From: Phoronis australis
Taxonomy: Eukaryota; Animalia; Phoronida
Length of the DNA: 64,000 nucleotides
Direction: 5' to 3'
Assembly (NCBI GenBank): GCA_002633005.1
Contig: NMRA01000330.1
Location: 372,001-436,000 of the forward strand
Of the stretch, positions 24,615 through 37,888 are shown one piece after another; position 1 is the first letter of the stretch, and each line of letters opens with the position of its first letter. The notes under the pieces were generated by a model. The model searched no databases, was not told the origin of the DNA, and saw only the letters and a list, made by a program, of their open reading frames with translations. Made by a program: the position numbers and the translations under genes.

Positions 24615-25954
24615 TGTACTGCTCAAAAAGGGGCTGTTGACGATCTGTGGTCATTATTGAGCAAACGAGGAACTCAAGAATTTTAATTTGTTAGACATTT
24701 AAATAGGCCTAAGAGAAACTCGACTGCACAATAGCTGGTACAGTTTTCCGAAGTGCGAACCATTCATTTAATTAACGAGAACGCGCAACTTCAGAGCAAG
24801 TTTAAGCCGAATTTGTTAGAAATTTGGAAGCCCCAAATAGGCATGTGGACAGTGCCCTGCAGAAGTGCGTCAATAGAGATTTAAACCACACTTCTGGTAA
24901 TGATTTTGATTGGTCCGAAATTTATCGATTACCGCTTGTTTTAATGTTAGATTCATATCAAGGTATTTCTAGAATAAAATTGTACGTCGTATTAAATCAA
25001 CAAATGTCTTTTTAAGGTTAATTAAAGTTCAAGGGAATGACTTATGCACATTTTGCTCTGAGCACAAAGAGACTATATTACAATTATTTGTGGAATGCAG
25101 ATATATAAGAGAGTTGTGGAGGAAAGTTTGGGAAGATTTCCTTACGATCGATTTTTTAAACGACCATGACATTCTCTTTGAAAATGCAATAACAACAGCA
25201 TAAATCATGCAGTTTTAATAACAAAATTGTCATTTATCAACCCAGAATGCAGAACAAAATTTCGTTTAGAATTGATGTCACATAAAAATTTAGAATTTAA
25301 TATTATCAAAATAATTGGTACATTAGAAAATCATAACAAAAATGGAACTTAGTACAAATATAACTATGGTAAATATTTATGTACCTTTGTGTTGTTATTG
25401 TCAGTTTGTTACAATAAATGTTTGGAAAAAATTTTTAAGCCGAATTAAATATGTCCATGTTATACGCTCGGAATTGCAGTTAACACATTTCTCATTCTTC
25501 TTTTCCAAACGGCCTTTTCAGTGACTGCATGTATGAGTACAAATACTGCCACCAATCTTTCTGCCGGATAAGAAAAAGTTCCATTTTGCAAACAAAAATG
25601 AGACCAGAGTCAAAATGATGAATAGCTTTATTCCGCAATTTAGTGGATGATCTCTTGGTCGGCTTTTGAAAATGAACAACTTTCCCTATAGATGTCTCTT
25701 CTGTAAAACTACCCGGGTGGAAAACCAAAAGTAGGCCTAGCTCAGCGATTCCATGGGAGTAAACATCTTTACAAATCTACAAACAACCTCATGGGCACAA
25801 AAACCACAGTGTCATGATTACTTATAAGCAGTCGAGGCGGAACGACGAAGATCACGAATATCACGCTCAGTCGTCCGTTCACCCTGAACCCATTTCATTG
25901 TTAATGTGTTCGTTAACGCAGAGTAACTACATTAAAATTGAGATTCATGCCACA

Positions 25955-26030
25955 TTTATATAGGCTGACGTATCAGAAGAGGAGGATTTTGATACTTTTT
26001 ACTGAAGTGGATATTCGACGGTCTTCTTGG
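25955..26030 (+). promoter_or_regulatory. Candidate TATA box and short non-coding first exon of the NIDO gene
   Basis: tttatata at about 25955-25962 and donor G|GTGAGT at 26031. The first coding exon has an acceptor ttattttcAG ending at 28800 that needs an upstream exon. Confidence 0.35.
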
Positions 26031-28840
26031 GTGAGTAAGACATAAGTCTGCAGTGGAATTTGTTGTTTTCTTCTGCCGACCTGGCACGATCAAAATCTAC
26101 CCAGAGGCGTGATCAATTGTTAGCTATGATGTATCTTTTAAAGCGGTTATAAAATCGCCTCACATAACAAAAAGCACAACTTTTGATTTAAACCACTTAC
26201 TGTTATGAAATTGTTCCTTTGTCATATTGGAGATGATTTCAGCCGGAGCCGTTGATATTGCGGCACCAGGTTCTAAAACATGGTTTGTCAAGTCATAGCG
26301 TGTCGTTTTAATCAAGCATTTTGCTGTGGAACGTAAACTTACAGTTCTTTGCAAACATAAAAATTAATTCTCGCTGAAACCAATTTTAAAATGCTGTAAG
26401 TGGTCTAATTCCTATGATCTTATGTAGCGCCGCTTTAACTGATCTGGATGCCTTGTGCTTATGAATTTCTCTTTAGTTATTATTGGCAATTTTTATGACG
26501 TTAGAATAGTTCTATTTATCAAAATAACGACTTGTTTATCCAAGGTGTCGATATCGTTAAGAAATTTTCATAGATTTGGCATCTGTGTTGTCGTTGGGTA
26601 GGTCCAAATGGTCAGTCACCGGTAAAGAGACTAGATGCTGATAGAAGATAATTTTGTGTTCGAATCAAGGAACCCCGGAAAAACAGAACTGGTCAGTTAG
26701 ACAGATTTCATACTTGCAAGAACACCCGTTAAAAGCTTATTTCATTCCAAAAACTCCAATGCAGAAGTTTGCTTATACGTTGACAGTTGTCTATTTTAAT
26801 ATGAACAGTCTCCTTGTTTCAAAATGACGATCAGTTCATTCTTTTGCAGATATTCATATACGATTGCCACGTCTGTGCAAATGTCCTGCCCGTAAATATT
26901 CAACAGTTCTTGAGCGAAGGGCCCCGTATGAGCGTGAGGGGACGCCCCTTATTTGGTACCTCTCTATATGTTCAGGGCCTTGGATTAGCTATAGCAATTG
27001 GTATTTCTTGTTTAGATTGTCTCGTTTTCACTTTCCGCTCCCCACTTGCAGTTCAGATACTGTTAGCGAGAGCGACTTGATGTAGTAAGAATATCATGCG
27101 CGCACCCAGGGGGGTGCTTGGGTGCTCTAAATAAGCGCAAACGCGCAATTCAAAGAGGNNNNNNNNNNNNNNNNNNNNNNNNNNNNNNNNNNNNNNNNNN
27201 NNNNNNNNNNNNNTTTTCTTTTCTTTTTTTAGTCCGCCCACTCTTTTATTAGCAAATGGTCCACAACGTCGGGAATTCGAGCCCCCCCCATATCCCCTTC
27301 GATCGCGCATGACTATACACGCTAGTGTTTGCTTAAAAAGTATAAGACTTTCATTTATTTGAAACCACTGCTTCAATTAATATGGAACTCTGCCCTTATA
27401 CTCTATCCATCAAACTTTCCATCTTGGCGGTATTAAAAAGTGAGGTTAGGCATACTTTGTGGGCACCATATTTTAATAACGAGTCTATTAGTCAACAGAT
27501 ACACGGCTGTTACATTCTGATACTTGTTTGATAAGCTCTGGGAAGGTTTCATATCACATTGAATACTATTATACCCTTTTCAAGTTCGTTTCATGTAATC
27601 CGCCTATGACTTTCGACGCCATCCACGGCATACCCCCATAAGACACTCATGTAGCTCCCGTGTGGAAAATTTCAATTAATTATTGTTTTCGGGCGGAATA
27701 CGTGCAGGAGTGTTCCAGTTTTACGAATTCGAGTCACAGCCTCGAATAAAAGATCGATATTTCGAGTAAAACTTTGACTCAAGACTTCAAGTTGAGACTC
27801 GACCTTGTAGATTTAAGGCTTGAGTAAACTAGAATAAACGCGAATTTATTTTTTTTCTGCACTGTTCACCGTCAAAAATATTATAAGAGTGTAGTGTGCC
27901 TCTAAAAAGGATGTTTACGTGAGAACCGGCCGCCCTGTCTTCAAGGAAAGAACTTCAAAATACTTAAGCCTAAAATCATCACCTGGTGTCAATACGTCTT
28001 TCAAAACCACTCTCGTTCGTTACGATTCATCATTTTTTTAATATACATGTTGTTATATATTGCTATACGTAGTAATGTACACGATGACGTCACACGGAGA
28101 TGGACCGAACTTTGTATCGAACGAGCTTGTTCATCACTGGCGTATTTGTTCTTCCAACGACATCATGTTCTTAGTCTTTGCTGGAATTGAAATTCATTAG
28201 AATAACGCACCCGCAATTCCCCGGCGTTATGACGCCATACTGCTTCGACGGCTGAAACTAACACGCCGTGACCACTTCAAGCAAATTCCACGAGCCTGGT
28301 ATGAAGCGATAAGCCGGATCTATCAGCTCTTCTCAAGTCCATAAATCATTGAAACCTGGGTAAAGAACAAGAGGAGGTCGATTTCCTAACGTTAAGTGGC
28401 CTAAATAAAAAATTGCGTGCCTGACAGAACGTTCACTGGCTTAGTGCCCCTTTAAAAGCAGCTGTAAAAGCCAGCTTTACACACTAACTAACTTTTGCTC
28501 CACTTGCCGTCATTATGAAATTGGTCGCAAATTGTTCTTCACTCAAGTTAGAGGTGTCAAGTTCGCGGGCTTGGGAGGAGGGGGCAACAGTGTCTTGTTA
28601 CTTGAGACGAGGGACAATTTGAAACCAGTTCCAATACGGCGGTCAGTAGTCGCAGTCCAAATTTGTTTCTGTGATGGAAAGGTGGGATTATAGCCGCGCG
28701 ATATAGCAGTAAGCTCTGGTAGTAACAGAAAAAGTAACAGCAATCACAGTGTACCAACATCACATTTCAATCATGGAGTAATTTCGTGTTTTATTTTCAG
28801 GCGTCTTGGCTTTGTAGGATAGAGTAACATTCCAGTTGCA

Positions 28841-31800
28841 ATGTATCGTCGAACGCGGCATCTGTGGGTGTTGCTCTGTTTTCTGATTAGCTCAGGTAAG
28901 GAGCAAAACTGTGAACGCCTTTAACCTGTATTTCTAAATTCTACCTGGCCAAACTGTGACGCGGCTTCCGCCACCGCCAGCCGGTAAACAAGACAAGACC
29001 GGTCTTGCGTAGCATAAACCTCCAGGTTGTCCACAGGACTGAGCAACTAAAAACTCACATTCCCTATGTCATAATATGTTCTAGAAGCGTAGGCCACGCT
29101 TGCCCATTTAGCAGATTTTGAAAGGACTTTGGGAAATTTTCCTCCAAACTTTTGAGGGTTGTCGAGGGTTACTGAGCATTATTTGGTTTCAGGGAACTGG
29201 ATAGGAAAGTTGGTTTTTGTATCTGTTAATCCCATACTTTCTGTTGAAAAACAAGTTTTGATTTAAACCACTTAGAGTTATAAAATTGGTCCCATCTTGT
29301 TACTAAATCATTTTAGAAGTGATTTCTAGGCTCGGGAATAATTTACTGTAATTTTAGTGAGCTTCGTCCCGCCTGACTAAGGAACAATTTGCGGAAATAA
29401 CGTTTGCAACGTCGGGTAAGGGGCTTAAACCAAAGCCTTTCATCAGACAGTGCTGGTGTAGTGCCGCTGTAAGAATCAACCCCTGCCAGTCTGAAAAGCC
29501 CCGTTTACGCGATGCTGTCCCGAGTTTATTTCTAGACTCGAATGTATTTTTACGTCGCATTTTGTCGTGTCAACGCAAATACACTGAAATGTAAAGCTAC
29601 ACCTAGGTGTTTATTGACACCACTTACTGAGGTCGCGGCAAGAATATAGCTGCCATACGTGAACGCGGTTTACGTACGGGTACAGTTTCTAAACGCAGGA
29701 TCGTTCATACCAAGGTTTCATTACAACATCATTTTTGTAACCTCCTCACACCGGACGGCAACATCACTTTGCAAAAGCACCATTTGTTAACATGTGTGCT
29801 TTGAAAGTATTTCGTTGAAAAGATGCTGCTACTGCGTGAAACTTTCCCGGTTATTGTCTGTTGCGGTTTCGCTGAATATTCACTGTCTCAAAAAAGTGAC
29901 AAAGCAGCTTTTCGGTCCATTTTGCAAAAGATCCTCAAGTTTCTGAACGCGACCAAGACATCTTGAGTTTACGAACACCAGTAACGACATGATCAGTATA
30001 TCGGCAAGCACACATCAAATATGGTATAATCGTACAGGAGTAATATGTTCACGGTTATTTTTTGGATTGGCGTCCACATGAAAGTATAGTATTGTTGATT
30101 TGATGATTTCTACCAGGTCGCAACGTCGTCTGTGTACGAGCCGTTCCTAACTGCACTTATAACCATGGGCGGCGCACCATAACTGGGGGGGGGGGGGAGC
30201 TATAGCCCCCACTTATTTCAGTGCTGTGCCACCCATGGCCTGGCTGATGACCATTCGCTAGTTAAGATGACACTAGCCTGCGCCGCCAAATATTACCTTA
30301 AGGACATAAACAAAATGGGTGACGAATTCCTACTGTTCGTTGAGTGATTTCAAACTCGCACAGGCAGTCAACGTTTGTCTTTACGCGATATTCACACTTC
30401 TAACAAAACTATTCTCCGAAAGTCACACGATCCACCGTTTGATGAATTGACAAACTCATGATTCGTTCATGTGTGTCAGGTGAACTGCATGTTCGGTATC
30501 AACGGGTCAGTGGTCCGAGCTAAAGTAGCAAACGCCACAGCACAATAAACTACCTTAAAAACAGACATGTTGACGTTTATTCCCACACGGCCTGTCTTAC
30601 CAAGCCAGTGGTTTTGTATTAGCCTGTACCGTGTGTCTGTAGTATTAGCATTTTTACAAAGCAGGCCGCACACTTACATATATTAGCCAAACAACAGTCG
30701 CCTCACTAAACTCAAAATAACACTTCTACTGAACTGTTTTTTTAGCTCAAAACGAGTCGCGTCTTGTCGCAACTGAGCTTAAAAGTGAGCTGTGCCTCAT
30801 CTTTTGAGAAAAAATTCATCATCCACAAGGATTTTTAGCTTCGGTGGCGAGCTCGCACAGAAAGTGCGCGTTTACTTAGAGCACGCAGCAGTCACAGTTG
30901 AATTAATGCCGACTAGTGTATTGTACAGAATTGAGTTCTACTTTATTGTATTTGCTGCCAATTCAGTAATTATAATTAAAAAATCACATCCTAACATTTT
31001 TTTCAAAACTCAATGTCCTCAGTAATGAGCTTCTCCTCATCCAACTCATCTTGAGTGGATTTCTTTGATTTTAGGTCAACTTGACCGTCAACCGCGCTGA
31101 TTTTCAAAATGGTGGCATTCTCCATCTTGAATTCTAAAATACTTTAGAGCTCACTGTGCAACTAAGCTAATTTTTCCCCTAACAGTCGATAATACATTTC
31201 CAAAAGAAAACCTTACACTGGGTAAACAATGTTGAACTAAACTGCACGATAACTCGAAGCCAACTTCAACGTTATGTATTGTAGGTCGTCTTACACGCCA
31301 TATACTGTACTGGGTCTGGTTTATAACAGCTCAGTTACATACATTTATAACATGTCTCTTATTAAGTCTGATTTGATTGCTGTATTCGAACGGCTGTCGA
31401 CAGTACAATAGACTAGCGTCTTCACGGTCAGCAAAAAGTCCTGTGTTCGAGCCAATGTCAGGACCAGAGATCTTTACAGACTTGACTGTAGGTCACGTTA
31501 TGTGACGTGCAATATATGGCGTGCAGGAAGGAAAACAATTCTTACTTTATCAACGCACTGATTTATAACAGCATAATTACATAAAGCTGTGTATCGATAA
31601 ATCAATTTCATAAGAGTATGAAGCCTATTGATCATTTGACGTGAACTACTATACATCGATTAGGACATTTTCACGAAAGACGTCGCTCTAGTCGGTTGGC
31701 TACTAGTACACGCAGTGTTGGCTTACGTAGTAAATGCGATTAGGAGGGTTTATCGATGCTTACGTAAGCAAGTTGTTGCCAACTGAAAGCTTTGTCTGCA

Positions 31801-34800
31801 CACTCAGATTTAGCGACTTGTTGTTTTGTTGGAATGTAGGCAGGTGTTCCGACACGATTTTTTTCAGTCAAAAAGTCGACCTAAAATGGTGAAATCAACG
31901 CTCAGGAAAAGCACGTGGAGCACATTTTTCAGTATATTCGTGAGCACTGTACAGGATTACAATAAAATATGTTTTGCAAGACAAGTATTTATTCAGCGTA
32001 CAAGTAAATCATACACAGAGCAAAACTGGTGAACTTTAAAACTTACTGTTTTCCTTTTTGACTACAGTTAAGAACACATAAGAGGGGCATCAGCGAAACA
32101 AGAACATTTCATGAATTGCAGTGACGTGTGATATATTTGCGTTTTTACTGACAATTTAAAGTCAGCGTGGATGCCGTTAGCGCAGTACCAAAATTAAAAA
32201 TAATACTTTGAAATTTCCACGATTCACACATTCCCAACTATTTGAACGAACTGTTCGCATGAGGGTATTGAAGGCGGATTTCATAAAAGCCAGTCTTGAG
32301 ACTAGTTGAATCAGATGTATTTTACGGTCGTAGAATATTAAATCGACATGACTTTGAGCTAGAGGAGATACCAGCACCATAAACTTTTCTGTTTGCCTGA
32401 ATGTTATGAGCAGACAAAACAAGTTGAAATAAGGAACAGTTAAAGTTGTTTTACTAAAACAACTTAAATAACCTAAATCGAAAGCTATTATTTTGAAAAA
32501 ATTTCAATAGATTGATTTCCTCTGCCGTTCCATTAACAAGTCTTATTCTTTCAGATTTTGCAGCCTCTCAGCGTAAAAAATGCGCTCGTTTACCCCCTAA
32601 TTCGCGTCTTTTACCATTCGGACCTTGCGAAGGAGACGATCTGCTGACTCTCGAAGATGACCGGTCTGCCTGGATAAATCTCAAGGAAACAATAATGTAT
32701 TTTAACAGAAACTTCACCAAAATTTTTGTAAGTTGTTACGTTGCCTCGTTTTTGTTGTTTCTGATGACACTACGGATGGAGTCGTCATTCTTTGCTGTGG
32801 ATAGACATGGCGTATTGTACAGTCCGAAGACGAGCCTCTTAAAGCCACTTCGAAAACTGGAAGTGTTGAATAATTGCTGATTTTAATTTTCTTAAACACC
32901 AAAACCCATTGCTTCTGCAAGAGTGAAACAAGTCTTAACAGTGTTTTTAGAGACATTGTAAAAGTAAAAGGTTTATAAGAATCCGATACGTCATTACTGA
33001 GGCATGACGTTCTGAAGTTTTGAATATTTTACTGGGGAGCTCTATGTAACATGTAGACGCATTAATCAACCGGATATTGTGCTGTTGTGTGCGTTACTCA
33101 GTGCGTAAATGCTGTATCAATATTTGTTTTGGTGATAATTTTAGTAATCTTTAGTAAATTACCGAACAAAAACACTTTCAAAGTTTGTTAACTCTTAGTG
33201 TGTAATAAATTTCAAGAAGAGAATTTGTCCGGTTTAAATTTTCGCTTCCTAATCTTTCTTAGCTTTTAAAATAGCTCATTTAACTAGATTCCACGTAATA
33301 ATTCCTTTCGAAAACAAATTTTCCAGGGGCCACAAGTAACGTAAATGACTAACGACATGAAATTTTAACGTTTTTCAAGGTTAACGCCAATGGTGCGCTA
33401 AGCTTCACGGAGGACGTCTATATGGCCAACCCGGTAGAACTGAAAGGAAAAACGACGATTTTAGCGGTATTTTGGGCGGATGCAGATACAAGGTTCGATG
33501 GCGGTAACGTGTACGTGGGACAACAAACTTCCGGCAAACGCTTAAAAAGGGCGGAAGAAGAAGTGAAAAAGATAATGCCAACGATAACGTTTCAAGCTAA
33601 AATCATCTTGGTTACAACATGGAGTGACGTCACGTTTTTCGGCGCTTCTGTGGAAGGACGCAAGAAGGTAATGAATATTAATTAAGCCAAACGTTGTTTA
33701 TTAGCGCACCTCGTCATTGAAATGAAGTCGACCAACACGTGCGGAAACGACAAGAATCCAGCATTGAAATCAGTAATATATTATGACAAATGAACTAGTA
33801 ACATACCCAAGTTGAATTGAATTACAATATTCAACATTCTGGAAGGTTTGTATCGGAAACCTTCCTCTTGTCTTCCTTCGTGCTATCCTTCCATTTGTTT
33901 GTTTTACGACTGAAAAGTTTACTCACAGCATATTGAGTCACTGACTAACGCTTTTCAGAGAAACACGTTCCAAGCTGTTCTAGTGGCCGATGCAACTCGC
34001 ACGTTTATCTTCTATCGCTACGACAAACTTGATTGGTCGTCCGGCACGGCGAATGGTGGTAATCGCGGCACGGGTCTTGGCGAAAAAGTTGCTCAAGTAA
34101 GTTGAAGTCAATCCATGCTGGCCTGATTTTGCTATAAAGTTTGGATATCTTGGATAGGAAAAACGTGTAAAAGACCTGTGTAAAATGAAAGCATATCAAA
34201 ACTAAATGAACAATCTCCTTGCACACATTTGTAAAGATTTCATAAGAACAGTGAGTTACTTGATGTGGCAATAGATGTCAGGTTGTACTCATTTGTAAAT
34301 ATTTCGTAAGAACAGTATAACTGTCCAGTTATACGACTAATTGTTGCAAATTATGTGCAAATTATGAACAATAGTGCGTTATTAATTTAACCGTCATTAA
34401 ATAATGAATAATGTTCGCAAGGAAATTAAAGGAGTCTTTAATTGATTTATACCATATAACTGACCTCTCCTTAAAAACTGGGGGAAAATGCCAACAGCTT
34501 TCAGCTGAAAAACAAACTAAGTATTTAAATGCAAATCAAATACATGAACGTGCAGTACTGCTAGAAGTATTACGCGATCCTGATATCACTTGCGCCAAAT
34601 TCTAGACATAGGCGCAACTTCAAATATTGGCGAATGGGCTTGTATACATGTACGCGAACATAGTGAAACTTTGTGTAGAAGCAATAAATCAGACATACTA
34701 TTTTATTATCCCTTGTTACCGACTTCGTTAACAGCTTGTCCAATATGAAAGCCTGTAGTATTATCGTACCACAGGTAGTCAAACTAATGTTTGAAACAAC

Positions 34801-37511
34801 ACGGACCTTTTAACGATACTGCGATAACTAACTCACAACGTTGTAGGTTACACTGTACGTCACCCATACGTTCATGTAAACTGCTGGGCCCGGGGCCTAA
34901 AGACCTTCGAGTTACTCGAGGCACGCCACGCAATTGGTCAGTTTTCGGAGAGTTCCGCGATTAGTGTCCTGATCTTGAAGTTATTGAATATTTTTCATCG
35001 AATCATATTTATAACATCAAATGTTTTTATATTGCGACCAGACCAAAGCCTTCTGGTCTTTAGTTGCTTATCTTTGAACACTGAGAGACAATTTTGTTTG
35101 CGTATCAGGGACATCAATCATCGATTCGCCAAGTAATTATGCGTTTTATGAAACTTACTAAAACTACGTTTTAGGCTGTTTACATGTTCGTTGACTTCCC
35201 TCTCACTTCGAATCCACGGACTGCAACCGTTGAGTCGTGAGTTCGAATTCATTTTTGATATGATTTAAAAAAACATTGGGTCTACTTTTCTTGCCGATTG
35301 TGTCACTTTAAAAATCTGGCACAACAAGACATTTTAACGAGTTGAAAGATCCTGACCATTTTGAATTTCACAATGTACATCAAATGTGATAAAAACGGCG
35401 TTGAAAACCGTTTGAATCATCGAAAACTCGTACAAGAGATTGTTAACTTTGTATCAAGTGTTAGTATTCCTCTCTCAACGCAGGTTGGTTACGACGCCGG
35501 GGACCTTGTGCACGCATTCATGGTACCGAACGTTGAAATGGATATTAGGGATGTAATAAACGCGACCAATGTGGCTGGTCCATTTTCTGAGGCCTTCAAG
35601 GGAATATGGTTCTTTGAGTTGAATCCAGTCTGCGCTCCGACAGGTACAGTAATTATGTCAGAAATGTTTGGACACATTATCTTGTCATGTTGGCCTCGTT
35701 TTGATTTGCACGAACGTTTTGAATCTAGACTGCCACATCTTGCAGGCATTGGTCCTCCTAAGGTAATAGTAATTATCTGATCTTCTGGTCTTTCTGCACG
35801 TTCGTGGGTCTTTAACCTTAGCCTCACAGTTCGTTAACAATTTAGTCGAATAACACTTTAAAGTTTAGCAAATGCACATTTTCCTGTTTAGTTATAAAAC
35901 CAAAACAAAAGGAGGTCAAATCCGTTTCAAGATTTTCTTACCAGAATACGATGTAGAACGTTTATTACGTTTCGACTGAGAACGTCCAGAGCATTTAAGG
36001 GTCAAAAGTAGGCCTACTTCAGAACATTGTTTACTTCAATTCAATCGCAAGTTACCTCTCAAGTCCAACTGAATATTAAAACCATGCAATTCTATCACGT
36101 TCTTAAACTACTTAAAAGTCATCATTTACTCTGTTCTTGCGGTCATATTGGGTGCAATTTAAAGGGACACTGTCGTTTTTACGGCTGTAAAACGCATTTT
36201 GGGTTTATTTTCGTATGGTAGAGAACTTTTGACGTCATCAGCTTTGGCCACAGCCACAAAGCTATAAAATGTCTTAGTTGTGATTTTATAACAAATCGCC
36301 AATTCTAGCTGTTGTCTGACAGACATTTGATGTAATCATCGACAGTTAAATACACTTAAAATAAGCTGAAAATAAGCTGACATTTAGCGAGCCAGAGCGA
36401 TTCAGCTCGGCCAACAGAACGTTTGATTGTGACGGGAGAGTTTCGGGTCCGACTTTGTATTGCAGCTGATTTCGGAAAATGTTTTTATAGTCATTAACGT
36501 AAACTAACATTCATCGCTTTTTGTCCAATACGTCGAACCCGCGCTGGGGCTGATACCAAAAAAAGTTTTCTCCCCGATAATGTCACCTTTAAACGCATGC
36601 GATTTTAGCACGACCGCTTATCGAGAAAATCTCCGGCCCGCCGGAAAGGAATCTATATGTACTTGTCAATGACGTCGCCATAATTAAACCGCTAGTTTTG
36701 TAGGGCCATTTTTTCTGAACTCGCCACAATCTTAATATTACGCACGTTTACGATGTTTTTACACAGCGTTTAAACAAAAACTAAACGTCAAAACTTACGA
36801 TTGGTCTTAACGACTGGTCGCAAGTCTCTTTTTAGACATGGGTAAAAACATCGTAAAGGTGTGAAGTTTTGCGAAAATTTATGACTGGTTACTAACTCCG
36901 TTTCTCACTCGACTCTGTAAAACGTTGTAGTTTTGGTGGAAACAGGTTCAAGTCCCCTAAATTCAAATTTTCTTCCCGCGTGACTTTTGGGTCCACTTCA
37001 GTTTTTCTGCTGGGCGATAGCAACTGTGTGAACACCACAAAAATTATGTCATTCTCGCTCGGTTCCTGGACGACTCCAGGGTCCTGAAGCGTGATTCAGA
37101 TACTGACTTGAATCTCACCCGGCATTTTCTGTTCAGACACTGGAATAGTTTTCTTTTCCTGATAGAAAGAGTCATGTGGCTCCGCAAAAGGTTATAAAGT
37201 AAGTTATAACAGATTTTATGCATGTTTTTCTTATCCTTATTATGATTTATTCAACTGTTGATCTAGCTCCACCGGCCCACCCTAACAAACCCAAACCTCC
37301 GAAATGCCTGAAAAAGGGGACGTGCTGCCTTTCCAACGGAAATACGTACACTGCTGGACCGAACTGCCAAGGTTACTATCAACTGCCTGGGAGCAAAGAT
37401 CGCAAGAAGGGAGAGGGATACTTATTTCCGTGCTCAGGAGGATTGTACTTCAATGTCGATCCCAAAGTATGCACGTGCGACTGGGCAAGGAATGTTAAAT
37501 GCGCCGCCTAA
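28841..37511 (+). CDS. Secreted NIDO-domain protein with C-terminal chitin-binding type-2 (CBM14/peritrophin-A-like) domain, 352 aa, 6 coding exons
   Basis: Exons 28841-28895, 32555-32727, 33380-33667, 33959-34096, 35484-35643, 37267-37511. Phases 1,0,0,0,1 join into 1059 nt. Signal-like MYRRTRHLWVLLCFLISS. NIDO-family motifs LLPFGP..GD, VNANGALSF, ILAVFWADAD, LVTTWSDV, NTFQAVL, VGYDAGD, TNV...GIWFF. Pro/Lys linker, then C..YY...CSGGLYFN....CDW..NVKC. AATAAA at 38002-38007. Confidence 0.85.
30163..30238. mobile_element. Short inverted-repeat element (ccatgggcggcgcac ... gtgctgtgccacccatgg)
   Basis: Terminal inverted repeats around a G-run, similar in style to the GGCGGATCC MITEs. Confidence 0.4.
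36159..36592. mobile_element. Non-autonomous TTAA-flanked DNA transposon (Kolobok/piggyBac-like MITE)
   Basis: TTAA-agggacactgtcg ... cgataatgtcacct-TTAA: imperfect TIRs with a TTAA target site on both sides. Confidence 0.55.
36741..36863. repeat. Imperfect palindrome / MITE remnant in last intron of NIDO gene
   Basis: cacgtttacgatgtttttac ... gtaaaaacatcgtaaaggtg, with an inner hairpin acttacgattggtc/gactggtcgcaagt. Confidence 0.55.
37267..37511 (+). CDS. Terminal exon encoding Pro-rich linker and chitin-binding type-2-like domain
   Basis: APPAHPNKPKPPKCLKKGTCCLSNGNTYTAGPNCQGYYQLPGSKDRKKGEGYLFPCSGGLYFNVDPKVCTCDWARNVKCAA*. Confidence 0.8.
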
Positions 37512-37744
37512 CGGAAACAATTTGAAGCATATGTCGTTCATGCGGTCTGAAATATAGCTACTATTTTAATTTGTTTGTCTGTAATGTGTATTGACAATTC
37601 CCTTTACAACTGCACACCAGAGGATCGGAAATTGTACAGATAGTATGTGCGAGCGCACATCAAGCTGTCCAACAAAAAGTAGTCGTGTTTCCAATCACGT
37701 TTGTGTGTAATGAAGGGTTGTTATAGAACTACATGTATATAGCG

Positions 37745-37888
37745 AACATTTTGTCCCGTCAGCACGCCATCGGTTAGCAGAAGGTCCTGGGTGTGAGTTC
37801 TGGTTGGGGGTAGAAATATTTTCGGACTCATAGTCATTAGGTCACGTGATGAGACCAAAAAGATGGCGTTCCGACGGGACAAAATGTT
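37745..37888. mobile_element. ~145-bp MITE-like inverted repeat in the presumed 3' UTR of the NIDO gene
   Basis: aacattttgtcccgtcagcacgccatc (37745-37771) pairs with gatggcgttccgacgggacaaaatgtt (37862-37888) with 2 mismatches in 27 bp. Confidence 0.7.
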
